64,000 nt of DNA from Basidiobolus meristosporus CBS 931.73 (Eukaryota; Fungi; Basidiobolomycota), in assembly GCA_002104905.1 (NCBI GenBank), contig MCFE01000306.1:34937-98936 (forward strand). The letters run 5' to 3'. The position numbers were made by a program, and so were the translations under genes. Each line of letters begins with the position of its first letter. The first letter of the stretch is position 1. Positions 49,990 to 63,745 of the stretch are shown piece after piece. The notes under the pieces are model-generated. The model was not told where the DNA came from, did not search any database, and saw only the letters and a program-made list of their open reading frames with translations.

Positions 49990-52900
49990 TGTTAAAATTT
50001 TCAACTATTTGGTATTGTTCTGCAGCTAAAATTTACTTGACAGTTCTGGACTAGTACTGGTCACTGTTGGACTAATTTGAAGCTCTAACTTTGCCACATA
50101 CATCATATTTATGATCTTATGATTATTCCCTTGTAGTCAGGATCAAATTAGCACTATTACTAAACATTATGTACTAGCCCTGAAACTGTTTCAGAATGCT
50201 CCTAAATATTGAGAAACCTTCCTTGCTTAGTGTAACAGCTGTGCTACTTCTATATAGGTATAAATACTGAGCTTCTTTATCAATAAACAACAGTACAACT
50301 ATTATCATTATTTCATGATAAGTTCCTGATATCCAAATCACTTCTTAAATTGCAACAGGTCTTGAGCCCTGATTGCCTAAAGCTATTCTAAAATGACTTC
50401 TACCAACAAGTAGAGCAACACAAGCATCTTCCCTGTAAATGAGAGTTTGATGGGAAGAACTACAGACCTTGGAGAATGAAGATGCAGATCCACCTTGCAG
50501 AAAGGAAGCGTTGAAAAATAGAAACAGGAAAAGAAGTTGAGCTCAAAGGAACAGCAGAAGAAGTGGTGAAGTTTCAACAGAATGAGAGAAAGGCCTTAAT
50601 GCCATATATATTAATGTGCAAGATTCCTTCATTGGGCAAATCCGTGCCTCAAATACTGCAAAAGCAGCATGGGAATCCCTAGAGAAGATCTATAGAGCAA
50701 AGTCAGTATCAAGCAAGTTTATTTGAAGCAAAAGTTCTTGAACAAAAGAAAGAAGCCAGATTATAACATGCTACAACTCATTACCAGAATGGAGACACTT
50801 GCAGAAGAACTTTATGGTATTGATGCTGGTGTTGATGATGAGCACAAGATACTCTGTCTGCTTTGCAGCCTACCAGAGAAGTATGAGCCACCCACACTTT
50901 CTTTTGAAAGCAGAGAAGACAACTTGACCTTAGACTATGTTGAAGGAAGACTTCTCCGTGAAGAACTCAGTCATAATGATCAAGCAGAGAAATTTGAAGA
51001 TAATGCTTTATTCAATTCAGAAAGGCACTCAGATAAGAGGGGAAAGCAACAAAACTAAAGAAAACCTGGTTGCTGTAACTACTGTAAAAAGCCAGGACTC
51101 TGGGTAAGAGAAAGCAACAAGAAGTAAGCAGACAAAAAACAGCAACTATATTTGTGGTATAAAGGAATGGTTCAGCAAATCAAAGACTATTCCCATTAAA
51201 AGGTTCATCTGGGAGACAACTCTGCTCTGGATGCTACCATCTGTGGGTTTATACAAAACAATATGAGCAATAGCTCAGGGGCAACAAGAGCAAGACTGAC
51301 TGACATACTCTATGTGCCTGGAATAGCTATGAGCCAAGAGATACTTTATGACATTTATTGACAACAAAACAAGATATACATGTGTGTACTTCCTCAAAAC
51401 AAAGGATGAAGCTTTAGAGATGTCTAGGCACTCAAGAACATGGCAGAAACACAAACTGGGTGTAAACTGAAGGTACTACAAAGTGACAATGGAGGAGAAT
51501 ACTGTTCAAGGGATTTTGCAAAATACGGCTCATCTATTGGTATACATCAACAGACCACAGTTCCTCATACATAACAGCAAAATGGAGTAGGAGAACATGC
51601 AATAGAATAAAAGACAAGATGGGACAATCTATACTACATGATAAGGGAATGGACTACAAATTTTGGGCTGAGTATGTTGCTACTGCGGTGTACATCAAGA
51701 ACAGATGCCCAACAACAGCCTACATGATTCTATATCCTTGAAGCATATACAGGCAAAAAACCAGATCTACAGCACCTCAAGATCTTTGGCAGTGATGTTT
51801 TTTATCACATCCCTGACAAAAAATGCTCAAAGTTGGAACTAAAGAGTAGGAAGGAAATCTTTCTAGGGTATTGTGAAGATACTAAACGTTATAGATTATA
51901 TGATGACAAAATTCAGAAGCTGATCAACAGCAGGGATGTTGTATTTGAGGAGAATTCAGATCACAAAGCCACTGAAATCATTGGCCTGCTACCTGATGAT
52001 GCAATCAACACTAATGAAGAAGATATATACCTAATTCAGTCAGATGCAAATAATAATTCTACCAGTTCCAGATTGGAGCAGATCATCTCAGTTAGGAGAT
52101 CTACCAGAATAACAAATGCTCCTGGATCCTGGTGGCAGACATCCAATGAATATGAAGAAGCTTATCTTGCCTTATGTGCCAAACCTCAGAATCTGGAACA
52201 GGCGATGCAAAGTCAGGATCCATACTATGTGGCAACAAGCCATGCAGGAGGAGTACCAATCACTGATCAAGGCAAAAATGTGGGAACTGGTAGATTTACC
52301 AAATAGGAGAAAGCCAATAGGATGTATATGAGTCTACAAGATCAAGATAATCTCAAATGGTGCCATTGATAAGTATAAGGCTATATTGATGGCCAAAGAC
52401 TATTCCCAGATTTGGGAACTAGACTTTAAGGAAGCATTTGATCTGGGTGCCAAGTTTGACTCCATTAGGACAGTTATAGCCCTGACAGCTCTACACAGTC
52501 TAGATCTACACCAAATGGATGTCAAAACAGCCTTTCTAAATGGGTATTTGCAAGAAACTATATATATGGAGCAAATAGAAGGTTTTACCAATCTAAAAGA
52601 CCCCCATAAGATGTGCAAACTCAGAAAATTGTTGTATGGGCTTAAGCAGGCACCTAGTGCATGGTATAACAGAATTGACACATATCTAGAGGAAATTGGG
52701 TTCTCTTGTAGCACTGCAGATCACAGTATATATGCAAAACAGCTCAAAAAGAATGTGATCATCCTAGTTGTTCATGTGGACAGCCTAATTATAGCTACAA
52801 GTGACCAAGAGGGGCTTAAACAGAAAAAATTGGATCTCTTCAGTAAGTTAGAGATGAAAGATCTTGGAAAATTGAGCTATTTTCTTGGAGTTGAAGTCAG

Positions 52901-54129
52901 TTTTGACATACCTACGCAGTAAACTTTGCTGAGTCAGTCTAAGTACATTAGTGACATTTTTAGATACTTCAACATAGAATATTGCAAACCTGCAGCTACC
53001 CCTATGGACAATAACCTGAAATTAAGCTAATCTCAGCCAGTCATAGATGAAAACGGCTCAAGCATGGACCAAAACTTTCCCTATCAATCAATGATTGGTA
53101 GCCAAGTGTACTTGATGGTGTCTACATGTCCAGGTATTGCTGTGGAAGTTAGGATTGTCAGTCAAATCATGCAGAATTATGGACCAAATCAAATTGCAGC
53201 AGTCAAGTGGATTTTCAGACATCTACAAGGTACCATAAATATAGTACCAGAATATTCTGAAGCGGCTAATAGGCAAAAACTCAATGGTTATAGTGATTTG
53301 GATTGGGGTAGGGATCTGATTGACAGACACTTGACCACAGGTTATGTATTCCTTTATGATGGTGCAGCCATTGCCTGGAATTGCAAGAAACAACCAACTG
53401 TGGCCCTACCTACAACTGAAGCTGAATATATGACTGCATGTTAAGCAACTAAGGAGGCTATATGGCTGCAAAAATTAATCAAAGACTTAGGTTTTGGTTC
53501 AGATGAACCAAAATGTATTTACAAGGATAATTCAAGCTGTATTTCATTATCTAGAAATCCTACTAACCATGCCAGAACTAAGCACATTTATATACAGCAT
53601 GACTTTGCAAGGGAAGCTGTAGAAAATAACTTGGTAGAGTTAATATACTCCCCAACTAACAAAATGGTGGCAGATATATTGACAAAACAACTAGCCAGGC
53701 CACAATTTGAGAATCTCATGGAGGAATTAAGATTATGAAATTATTAAGTTGAGGGGGAGTGCTGAAATATTGGACTATTTGGTATCATTCAGCAGCTAAA
53801 AATTTACTTAACAATTCTGGACTAGTCTTGGCCACTGTGGGACTAATTTGCAGCTCTTACTTTGCCACATTCTTCAGATCTATGATCTTATGATTTTTCC
53901 CTCATTGTCAGGATCAAACTAGCACTATTACTAAACATTATGTACTAACCCCAAAACTGTTACAGAATTTCTCCTGAACATTGAGAATCCCTCCTAACTT
54001 AGTGTTACAGCTGTATTACTTCCACAAAAGTACAAATAATGAGCTTCTTCATTAATAAACAACAGCTCAACTATTATCACTATTACTTGATAAGCTCCTT
54101 ATATTCAAATTACTTCTTAAGTTGCAACA
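49990..54129 (+). mobile_element. Full-length Ty1/Copia family B element (4140 bp), TSD GTTTC, heavily decayed
   Basis: LTRs 49990-50357 and 53760-54129; PBS variant GGTCTTGAGCCC 50358-50369; PPT GAGGGGGAG; RT (DLHQMDVKTAFLNG, KLLYGLKQAP) and RNase H (KKQPTVALPTTEAEY). Confidence 0.93.
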
Positions 54130-55229
54130 GTTTCTACTACCAAAAGTATTGCTCATGGGCTCCAAGCAATATTTATATGCATATGCAACAATACAAATGC
54201 AACTACTGGATGAGCTGGATATGAGTTTATTCAAGTGGCCTTTGGAAGCCATTTCCACTACGAGTACACTGAAAGCATTATGTCTCATATGTGGATATGG
54301 TAGGAACATGTATCCAGAAGCAGATCACTCATGCCATCTTGCCACATCCACAGCTTTGTGCAAGGAGTCTACAGCAAGTTTGACTGGCTATACTACAAGC
54401 ATCAAGCTGAATGCCTGGATCTCTGCCACTATAGTATCCATTCTCTAATCCATCTTGTGTGGTGTGTGGGGAATACAAGGCCTTGGTTCACCTTTTGAGA
54501 GTTTTCTATGGAGAGGATGTGTGGAGAGAGAGGAAGACACATCAAGTTGCATGTACTATCATATCATGTCAGGAATACTCCCTTCAAGTCTATCATGGAT
54601 GTGATGAGCTAGCACATGAAGGACAGCTAGCAAGAGTGGGAAATGCTGAGGACAGAAGTGCACATGGAGACACCTATGCCTGTAGGACTAAGAAGCTAAG
54701 CAGCCCCTACACTTGTGTAATCAGATAAGTGTTGCAAAGTTGGGCCAGGTGCAACAAGCAACTAATTTTTATTAGGCCAACTATACCAAAATATGCTGGG
54801 TTTCTCCTGGTCACAGCTGGTTTCTATATTATTCATATGGAATTCACACAAACCGCAGCCAGAGCACACCCATAAGGGGGACTAGAATTCAGCACAGAGA
54901 AGGAAAAGACATTGTCTACATACCAGATTGTTGCAACTTGAAGCAACAACCAGCAACAATCAGAGATGTGGCCATTTGTTTTACTAAGAAGCATTCAAGT
55001 GCTACTAAGCCCTTTGAGCATCATGGAAAGTACTATGACTTTACCAGTGAGAGTCATGGTATCACCAAGTGGTCAGGCAAGTCCATGAACACTTTGGAGT
55101 AGCAACAAAGTACTGGAGCTAATAATTGATATGCTGAAGGCTAATGCTTTAAATGCAGAAAGATGGAATCTGGATCACCTCCCTTTCCAGAGGAGAACTT
55201 CACACTGTGGGCTCAAACTACCCAGATTC

Positions 55230-55529
55230 CAGGTAATCATTAAACCAAATTTCACAATATTAACTTAGAAATTTGATTGTAAGAAATTTGCAACTTATTA
55301 GAAACTAGTGAGATACATAATTTTAAGAAAACTTGAAACTTGTCCATATGAGCTGAAACTTGGCACATGTACTCCTGAGACTCCTCTAATAATGAACAAA
55401 TAGTTACATTTATGTAGTTCTGCAATAAGTACAAAAACTGTGGTGTAACTGAATAAATCTATAAGTGGATATCATTAAATCTTCTAATTCTCTATTTCAC
55501 TTCCAATATATCTCTCTAATATTTCAACA
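55230..55529 (+). mobile_element. Copia family C LTR fragment followed by a possible PBS remnant
   Basis: Reverse complement of 31691-~31990; ends ATTTCAACA then GGTATAACC; the left boundary is approximate. Confidence 0.7.
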
Positions 55530-56116
55530 GGTATAACCTGCACAATGAGCATATATTTTGGCTCAACAACTTTATTCCATTATATCAATGTCTGCTTTGT
55601 TAAACAGGCTGATTACATGATTGAATCCAACCCAAGTTAGTCATTGGGTTCCCACCCTATGACTGTCATAAAACTGGCAGCTTGGAACTATCAACCTTCT
55701 CCACAACTGTATGTTGGTTGGCAATGATATCTTGCTATTTCTACAGCTAAATAGTGTAGAAGTAGACTCTTACTCAAAGAAACCTGGCATACTTTTGTAA
55801 AGCTGTCAAATAGATTTAGTCACTTTTGGTATCTAACTCAGTCTTACTTTACTTAACCAATTATTTGTCAACTAGGACTACTTGAGTTCTTAGTGGCTGA
55901 GACAAAAGTGTTTCTATGTACACATTTGTGCTGAGTATTCTTTGACTCTTCCTAGCTGTCCTCAATGTGCCTGCTCATCAGATCATGGGCAGACTTGAAG
56001 ATAGCATTCCTGATGAGATCAGGATATGGCAGTACTTGCAACTCAACTTGAGACCCTATATCCTATCTGGCACTCTGTTTAAGTATTGGATCTAAAATAA
56101 AACTATACACCAAGAT

Positions 56117-56461
56117 TGTAGTGCAAGATATGACCAGTGCACCAAGATGGTGCCATTTATTTTTGTGACATGTTACAAGCTGCAGGAGCTGGATTCACAG
56201 TGCCATAGGTATTGAGCACCAGAGTCAAGCTCTCAGTCTTCTGTGCACTTACACAATATGCACCATATGGATCATATAAAGAAGCCAAAAAATAAATTTT
56301 TTCCAGCACAGTGAATGAAATATAGGGGCTGCTTTGCACAAAGATGTGGAACTGTGCTTCACACTCTGAGGACAAGGATAGATCCACTTGGCCTCCCTGG
56401 CACACTTGCCATCATTTGGTACTCATTGCTCAATTTGACAGTATACAACAAAAAAAGTCTA
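56117..56461. mobile_element. Foldback/MITE family F, right arm only
   Basis: Colinear with 37988-38334; ends AAGTC-TA and abuts a CACTA Tnp2 fragment. Confidence 0.75.
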
Positions 56462-58300
56462 TTTTCCAGACACCAAGCAAGATAATATCTATATGGCAGT
56501 GGCAGAGAGCTCTATGCTTGTAGTATACCTGCTCAAATCCCTTTGCAACTGATAAGAGCCCATGACAAGCACTTTAGGTGGCAGATACTCTCCATATATT
56601 GTCAGTTCTTTCAGATTTGTATGGTATCTTGAAGTGATCACCTTGCTTCAGATGCCACATGATCAACTTGGCATTGGCATAAGGTTTCTTCTGACTAGCA
56701 TACACATTACTCCCAGTGGAAAGCTCTTGCTTAAACACATTCCCTCCATCCTGAGTATCTCCTACTCCTGACTAATTCTATACTCAGACTAATGTCTGAT
56801 AGAATACCCATTTGGCTGCAATTGCATGCTGTCTTCTGCACAATCTCACTATGGGAAGATGATGTGCTGGATGTTGCTGCTTAGAATATATTGTTGTTTG
56901 TGAGCTATGGAGTAAGTCCCCTGGATCTTACACTGCTGACAGCAATAGCATCCATTGTGCACAGAATGGCTGGCTTTTTGTTCACTGCTGGGTTATATTC
57001 AAAGAAGATATACGTATGTATCAGCACAGTCTTAGGGTGGTATGTTCAAGCTGCATGATGGTTTTCCCTCTGTGCCACTTACATAGTACCCTATTATGAT
57101 ATACCACTTGAATGCTTAAGTTGGATTGGTTTTTAGTCAAACTAATTAGGTATATGTTTAGCCTATCAGTACATTGGTGTTATCTATCAAATCAGTAGCA
57201 TTAGTCAGCAAATAAATCAGCAGATCCTAATTGAACATGAATAGACATATTAAGTAGGATTTTATTGGGTGTTGGTGATGCAATCAAGTGAGTCATCTGC
57301 CATTTACTTGAACATATGTACCTAGCTAATATCTCCAATTGCTCTTTGTGGCAAGAGACTTGATGGTGCTCTAATGGCCTCATTGAAAATGCCCGCAGGC
57401 ATTATTACAACAGTATGGAATTCTACAGTTAGTCTTGTACAATGCTATCATACCAATTCATAAAACAGTAGTTTGTTTTTCTACTTCCCCATGCACCATT
57501 CATACATTCCATTGTAGGATCACCCCTCTTCATTTGATGACCCACCACTACTGTGGGTATTAAACATATTGTTTGAATCACAAGAAACTATGGCCTCCTA
57601 CTGACTATCCTCTACATACATCCATACCCACCAAAATCAACTCAACACTATCCAGCTTTTTAGTGTAATTCTTGCAAAGTTACCGTATCCCATGCATTGC
57701 TGGTAATATACACATCTTGCAAACATATGCTTGGTTGCCACCACTTTTGCCATTTGTACCTTTAGAATATCTGCAAAAATCATTTGGTATTTATCCATGA
57801 ATACTTCCTGAATCTCTGCAAAGAACTTCTTGGTACTTAACCAATAAATTCCTTTGCCCTGCTAGATTCTAGTACCCCTTACAGGTGCCCTCTGGCTCTT
57901 GTCTGTGCAAATTCTGTATTGAATGCTGTGAAATTAGCTTGTGACCAAGAGAAAGACAGCAAACTTTGGTAAAGCTGTCCTATTAGAAATTAGTTGCTTG
58001 TGGCACCCAGCTCAGCTCTGCATTCCTTAAATGACTATCCAAACATTGGGGCTGCTTTGCTTCTTAGTGCCAAAGGCATGGGGGTCTTCTCATGCACATC
58101 TGTCCTCAGTGTTCTCCAACTCTTCCTGGTTGTCTTCCATTTGCTAATTCATTATACCTTTGATAGACTTGAAGAGGATATTCTTGACAAGACTGGAATA
58201 TAGTAGTACATGCAACTTGATCTCTCTTCCTAAGTGGAATGCTGTGGTAGGGTAAAGATACCTCCCACAGACAAGTTTATTCATATAGTCATTATGATAT
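56462..58300 (-). mobile_element. CACTA Tnp2 fragments (two pieces, 56462-~57085 and ~57330-58300)
   Basis: Reverse-complement homology to ~19150-19900 and ~19950-20800. Confidence 0.7.
57092..57302 (+). mobile_element. Truncated Ty3/Gypsy LTR
   Basis: TATTATGAT...GAGTCATCTGCCA matches the first ~210 bp of the LTR at 44733. Confidence 0.8.
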
Positions 58301-58816
58301 ACTAATCCATATTTAATCTTATCAGTATTATCCCATTCTTCTTTTGCCCATATTATCAGTATTATCCCCATATGATGCTTACCCTGATTAGTTATTAGCA
58401 TTAGTTATCCCAGATGTTATTCAGCTTTGTGATCAGTATATGTATCTACATAAGGCAGGTACCCGTGTTAGTACCCGTGACAAATGACCTAGGCCTGTGT
58501 GACCATCCCTACCATTTCAGTACCATATATGGTATTTCTATGTTGCATAGGCTTCAGACAACTGATTCCTAATTGGTTGAATGTGATGTGCCTTTTAGAA
58601 CCTTCCAGGACATTCTTGGTATATTTTTAGCTCATAGTGATGTCATCAAGTGTTCCACTGATACTTAGAATATTCAAGAACCTTATCATTGGTAATCACT
58701 TGGCAATCAGGAAAAGTATTTAAGGGAAAGCAATCCCTCATCAATAAATCATCCTTTCTATCAGTAACACTTCTACCTTACTGATTAGCAGTTGATCACT
58801 GCACCTGCCTTCAACA

Positions 58817-61800
58817 TGTTACAAGTCTTGGTATAAGAGTTGTAGAGGAATAGGGAGTTTAGCTAGTATTGTATTCACTAAAACTTGAACTGATTTTTAT
58901 TGAGGTTCCAGCAGCTCCTTATATACATTTTGCCAGATCAATTGCGGACTAATTGTATTTCCTAATGTAGGTTGTGGCAGATGACTCATTTGATTGCATC
59001 ATCATCACCCAATAAGATCCTACTTAATATATCTATTTCTGTCTGATAAGGATCTGCTGATTCATTTGCTGACTAATGCTACTGATTTCATAGATAATAC
59101 TGATATACTGATAACCTAAACATATACTAATTGATTTGACTAAAAACTGATCTAACTTAAACATTCAAGTGGCAGATCATAACATTCTCCCCTACTAAAG
59201 TTGAGAGGGTTCTCCTGAATCTCTTTTCTTGTGATACCAATATCTTGATGGTTCAGTATTATCAGCAAGTCTTGCATGCTTGAGTCTGTCCCTATGCACT
59301 AAGTCTTCCTGGATATTACCTTGTTTGTCCAGCAGTTGGTAAGTTGCAAATGGACATTCTCTGATGATCTTGAATGGTTCTGTCCATTGTGGCTCAAACT
59401 TCTTCCAAGTGTTTTTTCTTAGCAATACAAACTTCCCAACTGTCAATGCTTCTTGTGGTATAGTCTTATCAAATCTCTGCTTCATCTTTTCTGCACTTTG
59501 AGATACTTTGGTCTGTGCCTCTTTACGTCTTTGTTCCAGCTGCTGGTGTCTACTTGGCTGACTGAGTTCATCTTCTAAGGTGTCTGCAAGCTTTGGTTGT
59601 GTGAGATCTCCTGGAATCCTTGGTTCACATCCATAAACTAAGTAAAATGGTGATTGCTGGGTGGTGTTGTGTACTCTGACTCTGCATGCAAAGAGTGCTT
59701 GGTCTATATACTCATCCCATCTACTGACAACTCCATTTGCATACTTGGTCAGCATTTTTCCAAATAATCCATTAAACCACTCAGTGACTCCATTAGTTCT
59801 GGGGTGATATGCCAAGGTTTTCAAGTGTCTGATCTGCTGCATTTCCAGGTAAGCCTCTAATGTCTTTGCCATAAAGTTTGCTCCTCTATCAGATAAGATC
59901 TCCACAGGGCATCCAAACTTCATCAGGATCTCATGGTAAATGAAACTTGCAACTTCTTGTTCACTGGCTATTGGTACAGCTTTAGCAACTGGCCATTTAG
60001 TGGCATGGTCAATAGCTACTAGGATCCAACGGTTGCATTTCCTGGTAGTTGGCAGTCTTCCAATAAAGTCAATTCCCCATCTCTCAAATGGTCTTACAGG
60101 CTCCAAAGGGAAGAGTTTGGCAATTCTTTGTGGCTGGCCTTGATTGATTTGGCAGCTTGGGCATGTTTTCACTAGCTTCTCAATATCTTGTTTCATTCTG
60201 GGCCACCATGCTCTGGCTTTCACAAGGCTATAGGTTCCTTCAATCCCAAGATGTCCATATCCATTGTGTAGCTTATGTATTAAATCCAGGCAAGAAACAT
60301 AAGGGCAATAGGCAATAGGGCTTCCATCAACAATTTGGTAGAGTGTTTCATCCTGTACAACAAATTTGCTGGCTTCATCACAGATTATCATCTTGATATC
60401 TTCATCCATCTCATTAGGAATGGCTTGGTCCTCCAAGTACTTTGGTAATAGGCTAGGCCAATATGATTCATGCACCAAGTTGAGTTGTGCAACTTGATCT
60501 AATCTTGATAAGGCATCAGCAACCGTGTTGTTTTTTCCAGGGCAGTAGACAATCTCCAGGTCAAATTGCTGAATGTATTCACTCCATCTTGTCATTCTTC
60601 TAGAGAGTACCTTCTGAGTAAATGTATACTTGAGGGAGGCATGATCAGTCTTCACAGTGCATTTGACTCCTTCAAAATAGCATCTCCATGTCTTCAAACA
60701 GTGTGTTATAGCAAGCATCTCCTTCTCATGGACTGGATAGTTTTGTTCTGCTGAGTTCAGTTTCTTGGATTCAAAGGCAACAGGGTAGTCCTTTCCCTTG
60801 TGTTCTTGGCTTAGCACTCCACCAATTGCATAATCTGAAGCATCTGTGCACAGAGTGAACTCTTTTCTGAAGTCTGGTATTCTTAGACTTGGCAGCTTAG
60901 CAAGTTCATTCTTGAGCGTCTGGAAGGCAGTCTCACAAGCTATGTCCCACTTGTAGGAATTGTCTTTCTTGAGGATATCAGTTAAAGGGGCTGCAATACT
61001 TGCAAAAGACTTGACAAATCTCCAATAATAGGAAACCATTCCAAGGAATGATCTGAGTTCTGATATGCTATGGGGCTGCTTCAAATTCTTGATAACTTCA
61101 ACCTTCTTAGGGTCTAAGGTCACTCCTGTGCTAGTCACTATGTGTCCCAGGTATTCAACGTGTTCCTTGAAGAATTCACACTTGGCTAGCTTGCCATATA
61201 GCTTGTTCTCTCTTAGTTTCTTCAAGACCTTTTCAATGTGCACTACGTGATCCTCTTCTGTCTTGCTGTATATCAATATGTCATCCAGGTAGATTATCAC
61301 AAACTTGTCTAAGTACTCCTGAAAGACAGTCTGCATCAGCGTCATGAATGTTGCAGGGGCATTAGTGAGGCCAAAACTCATGACTAAGTACTCGTAATGT
61401 CCTTATCTGGTCCTAAATGCTGTCTTAGGAATATCTTCTGGTTTCACCCTAATTTGGCTGTATCCTGACATGAGGTCAATCTTACTGAAAATAGTGGCTC
61501 CATTAAGTTGGTCCAAAAGCTCATCAATCCGATGTATGGGGTACTTATTCTTGACGGTAACTGAGTTCAGGGCTCTGTAGTCAATGCACATCCTAAGTGT
61601 TCCATCCTTCTTTTTCACAAAAAGCACTGGTGCTCCCCAGGGTGACTTGCTGGGCCTGATGTATCCTTGCTCCAATAGCTGATCAATTTGTCTCTTCATT
61701 TCCTCCAATTCCAATGGACTCATTCTGTAAGGTGTCTTGCTCACTGGAGGGCTATCTCCTGTGTCAATGGCATGATCCACGTCTCTGACTGGTGGTAGGC

Positions 61801-63745
61801 TTACAAGCTCATCTGGAAACACGTCTGAATATTTCTTCAAGAGAGTCTGGACCTGCTGGGGTAGAGGAATCCTCCTGTAATACCGCCATGAGGAACATCT
61901 GGGTACCTTTTCTAAGTGCTCTACAGAACTGGGTCTTGCTAAGTTCACTTGTCTTACACACACTGGAATTGACCAAGTTGAAATCCAGCCTGGCAGGTAA
62001 TAGCTCATAGGTCTTGTTGTCTTTTTGGATCTGAGTAGCATGGGTTCTCCAGCTGATTGATGGATTACGACAAAATAGCCAGGTTTTCCCAAGTACAAGG
62101 TCAAACTTGCAGTTCCCAAATATATAAGCCTGTAGGTCCTCTTCATAGTCACTGATCTTCATTCTTACTGGCTGGGTAATATGGTTAATTATGTGGGAGT
62201 TCCCATCAGCTGTGGAGACTGAAGTTGATTTGGTAGGTTCCAAGTTGATTCCAGCTTTCAAAGCAAATTGCTCTGACATGTACTCATGCAATGCTCCTGA
62301 GTCAATCATGATCTTGGCAGGTACTCCATTGATTACTCCATTCAAGTACAATAACTTCCCTGAGTTTGAAGTCATTTGGGACAAGTACTCTTCTGTCATA
62401 TGGAAAGTGAGTTCCGATTCTTCTTCAAGCTCATCTTCCACATTACTGTGTTCATGGGACTCAATATGGTTGAAGGTTCTTGTTGGCTGGTGTCCATTTT
62501 GTCTCTGAGGGCAGTACTTTGCAATATGTCCCTGCTGGTGGCAATTGAAGCAAAGTCCTCTCTTCTTGTATTCTCCTGAGGAGGGATTCTTCCGCATAGC
62601 ATCTATTTCCATTGGTACTGCTTCTGATTGTCTTCTTTCATAATGATTATAGCCTCTCTGATTAGTCAATGTAGGCTTCCCAACTCCAAACATAGCTGAG
62701 TCATAGTCAATGGCAATCTTAATGGCTTCTTCAATAGTCTGAGGTCTTTGGTAATTGACTTCCTTGCAAGTTCTTTCTTTCAACCCATCAATAAAGTATT
62801 CAACTTGATCCAAGGGGTCCATTCTTTCAATTTGCCCAAGTAGACATCTGTACACATAGATGTATTCTTGCACCATTCCTTTCTGTCTGAGTGTCTTTAA
62901 CTTCCTTCTTAGTAGTGTCTGCTGGTGTGGAGGTTCAAAAGCATCCTGAATTTCCAACACAAACTCATCCCAGGTAGAGATTGTAGAGCATCCCATCATA
63001 GTAGCTGACCTGATCTTGTTGTGGTACCACTGTAAAGCTGCATCTGCCAGGTAAGAAGCTGCATAATGCAACTTGCTCTCTGGAGCAATTCCTTTAGCTT
63101 TAAAAGCTTCTTCAATCTGAAAGAGCCAAGTTCCCAGGTTTTCATTGACTCTGCCATAGTACCAGTTGACCTTCACACTAAAGTTGCTCTTGACAGGGCT
63201 TTGCTGGCTCTGAGCCATGGTAGTCATTCCTTGTTGCTGTTGGCTGAGGATCTGGAGTAGCTGTTGCTGTTGGGCCAGGATTTGCTGCATGGAATTCTTC
63301 CATTCTTGATTGTCCGACATCTTGAGGGTGGTTTCTTCTTTCTTCAGGAGGGAGGTTTCTGGTTATTGCTGCTACCAATGTTACAAGTCTTGGTATAAGA
63401 GTTGTAGAGGAATAGGGAGTTTAGCTAGTATTGTATTCACTAAAACTTGAACTGATTTTTATTGAGGTTCCAGCAGCTCCTTATAACATTTTGCCAGATC
63501 AATTGCTGACTAATTGTATTTCCTAATGTAGGTTCTGGCTGATGACTCATTTGATTGCATCATCATCACCCAATAAGATCCTACTTAATATATCTATTTC
63601 TGTCTGATAAGGATCTGCTGATTTATTTGCTGACTAATGCTACTGATTTCATAGATAATACTGATATACTGATAACCTAAACATATTGTAATTGATTTGA
63701 CTAAAAACTGATCTAACTTAAACATTCAAGCGGCAGATCATAACA
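58817..63745 (-). mobile_element. Youngest Ty3/Gypsy element (4929 bp), 368/367-bp LTRs, 4-bp TSD AACA, no chromodomain
   Basis: LTRs 58817-59184 and 63379-63745 differ by 7 substitutions and 1 indel (hand count); PBS TGGTAGCAGC 63368-63377; PPT AGGGGAGAA. Gag with CFNCHQQGHIAKYC, protease IMIDSGA, RT YLDD, RNase H, HHCC/DDE integrase and GPY/F module. Confidence 0.97.
59195..63320 (-). pseudogene. Gypsy gag-pro-pol polyprotein, broken by one 8-bp deletion (~61860) and one nonsense codon (61403-61405)
   Basis: ORFs 61809-63320, 61403-62152 and 59195-61381 join into one frame when repaired from the sister copies. Confidence 0.88.

Larger units (their letters stand above)
32197..55000 (+). mobile_element. 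CACTA copy 3, split into seven pieces by nested insertions
   Basis: Host segments 32197-32629, 37312-37591, 38335-38815, 39184-39468, 44617-44732, 49477-49989 and 54130-~55000 are colinear with ~17100-20360 of CACTA copy 1. Confidence 0.8.

Noticed and set aside
58455-58480. Tandem GTACCCGTG motifs retaining CpG (hAT-like subterminal motif)
   Set aside because: Only two copies and no TIR or TSD found.
59195-59450. Chromodomain at the Gypsy integrase C-terminus
   Set aside because: The protein ends ~25 aa after the GPY/F module in all three copies; there is no chromodomain motif.
61840-61880. Programmed ribosomal frameshift between gag-pro and pol
   Set aside because: The two sister copies are in frame here; the shift is an 8-bp deletion private to this copy.
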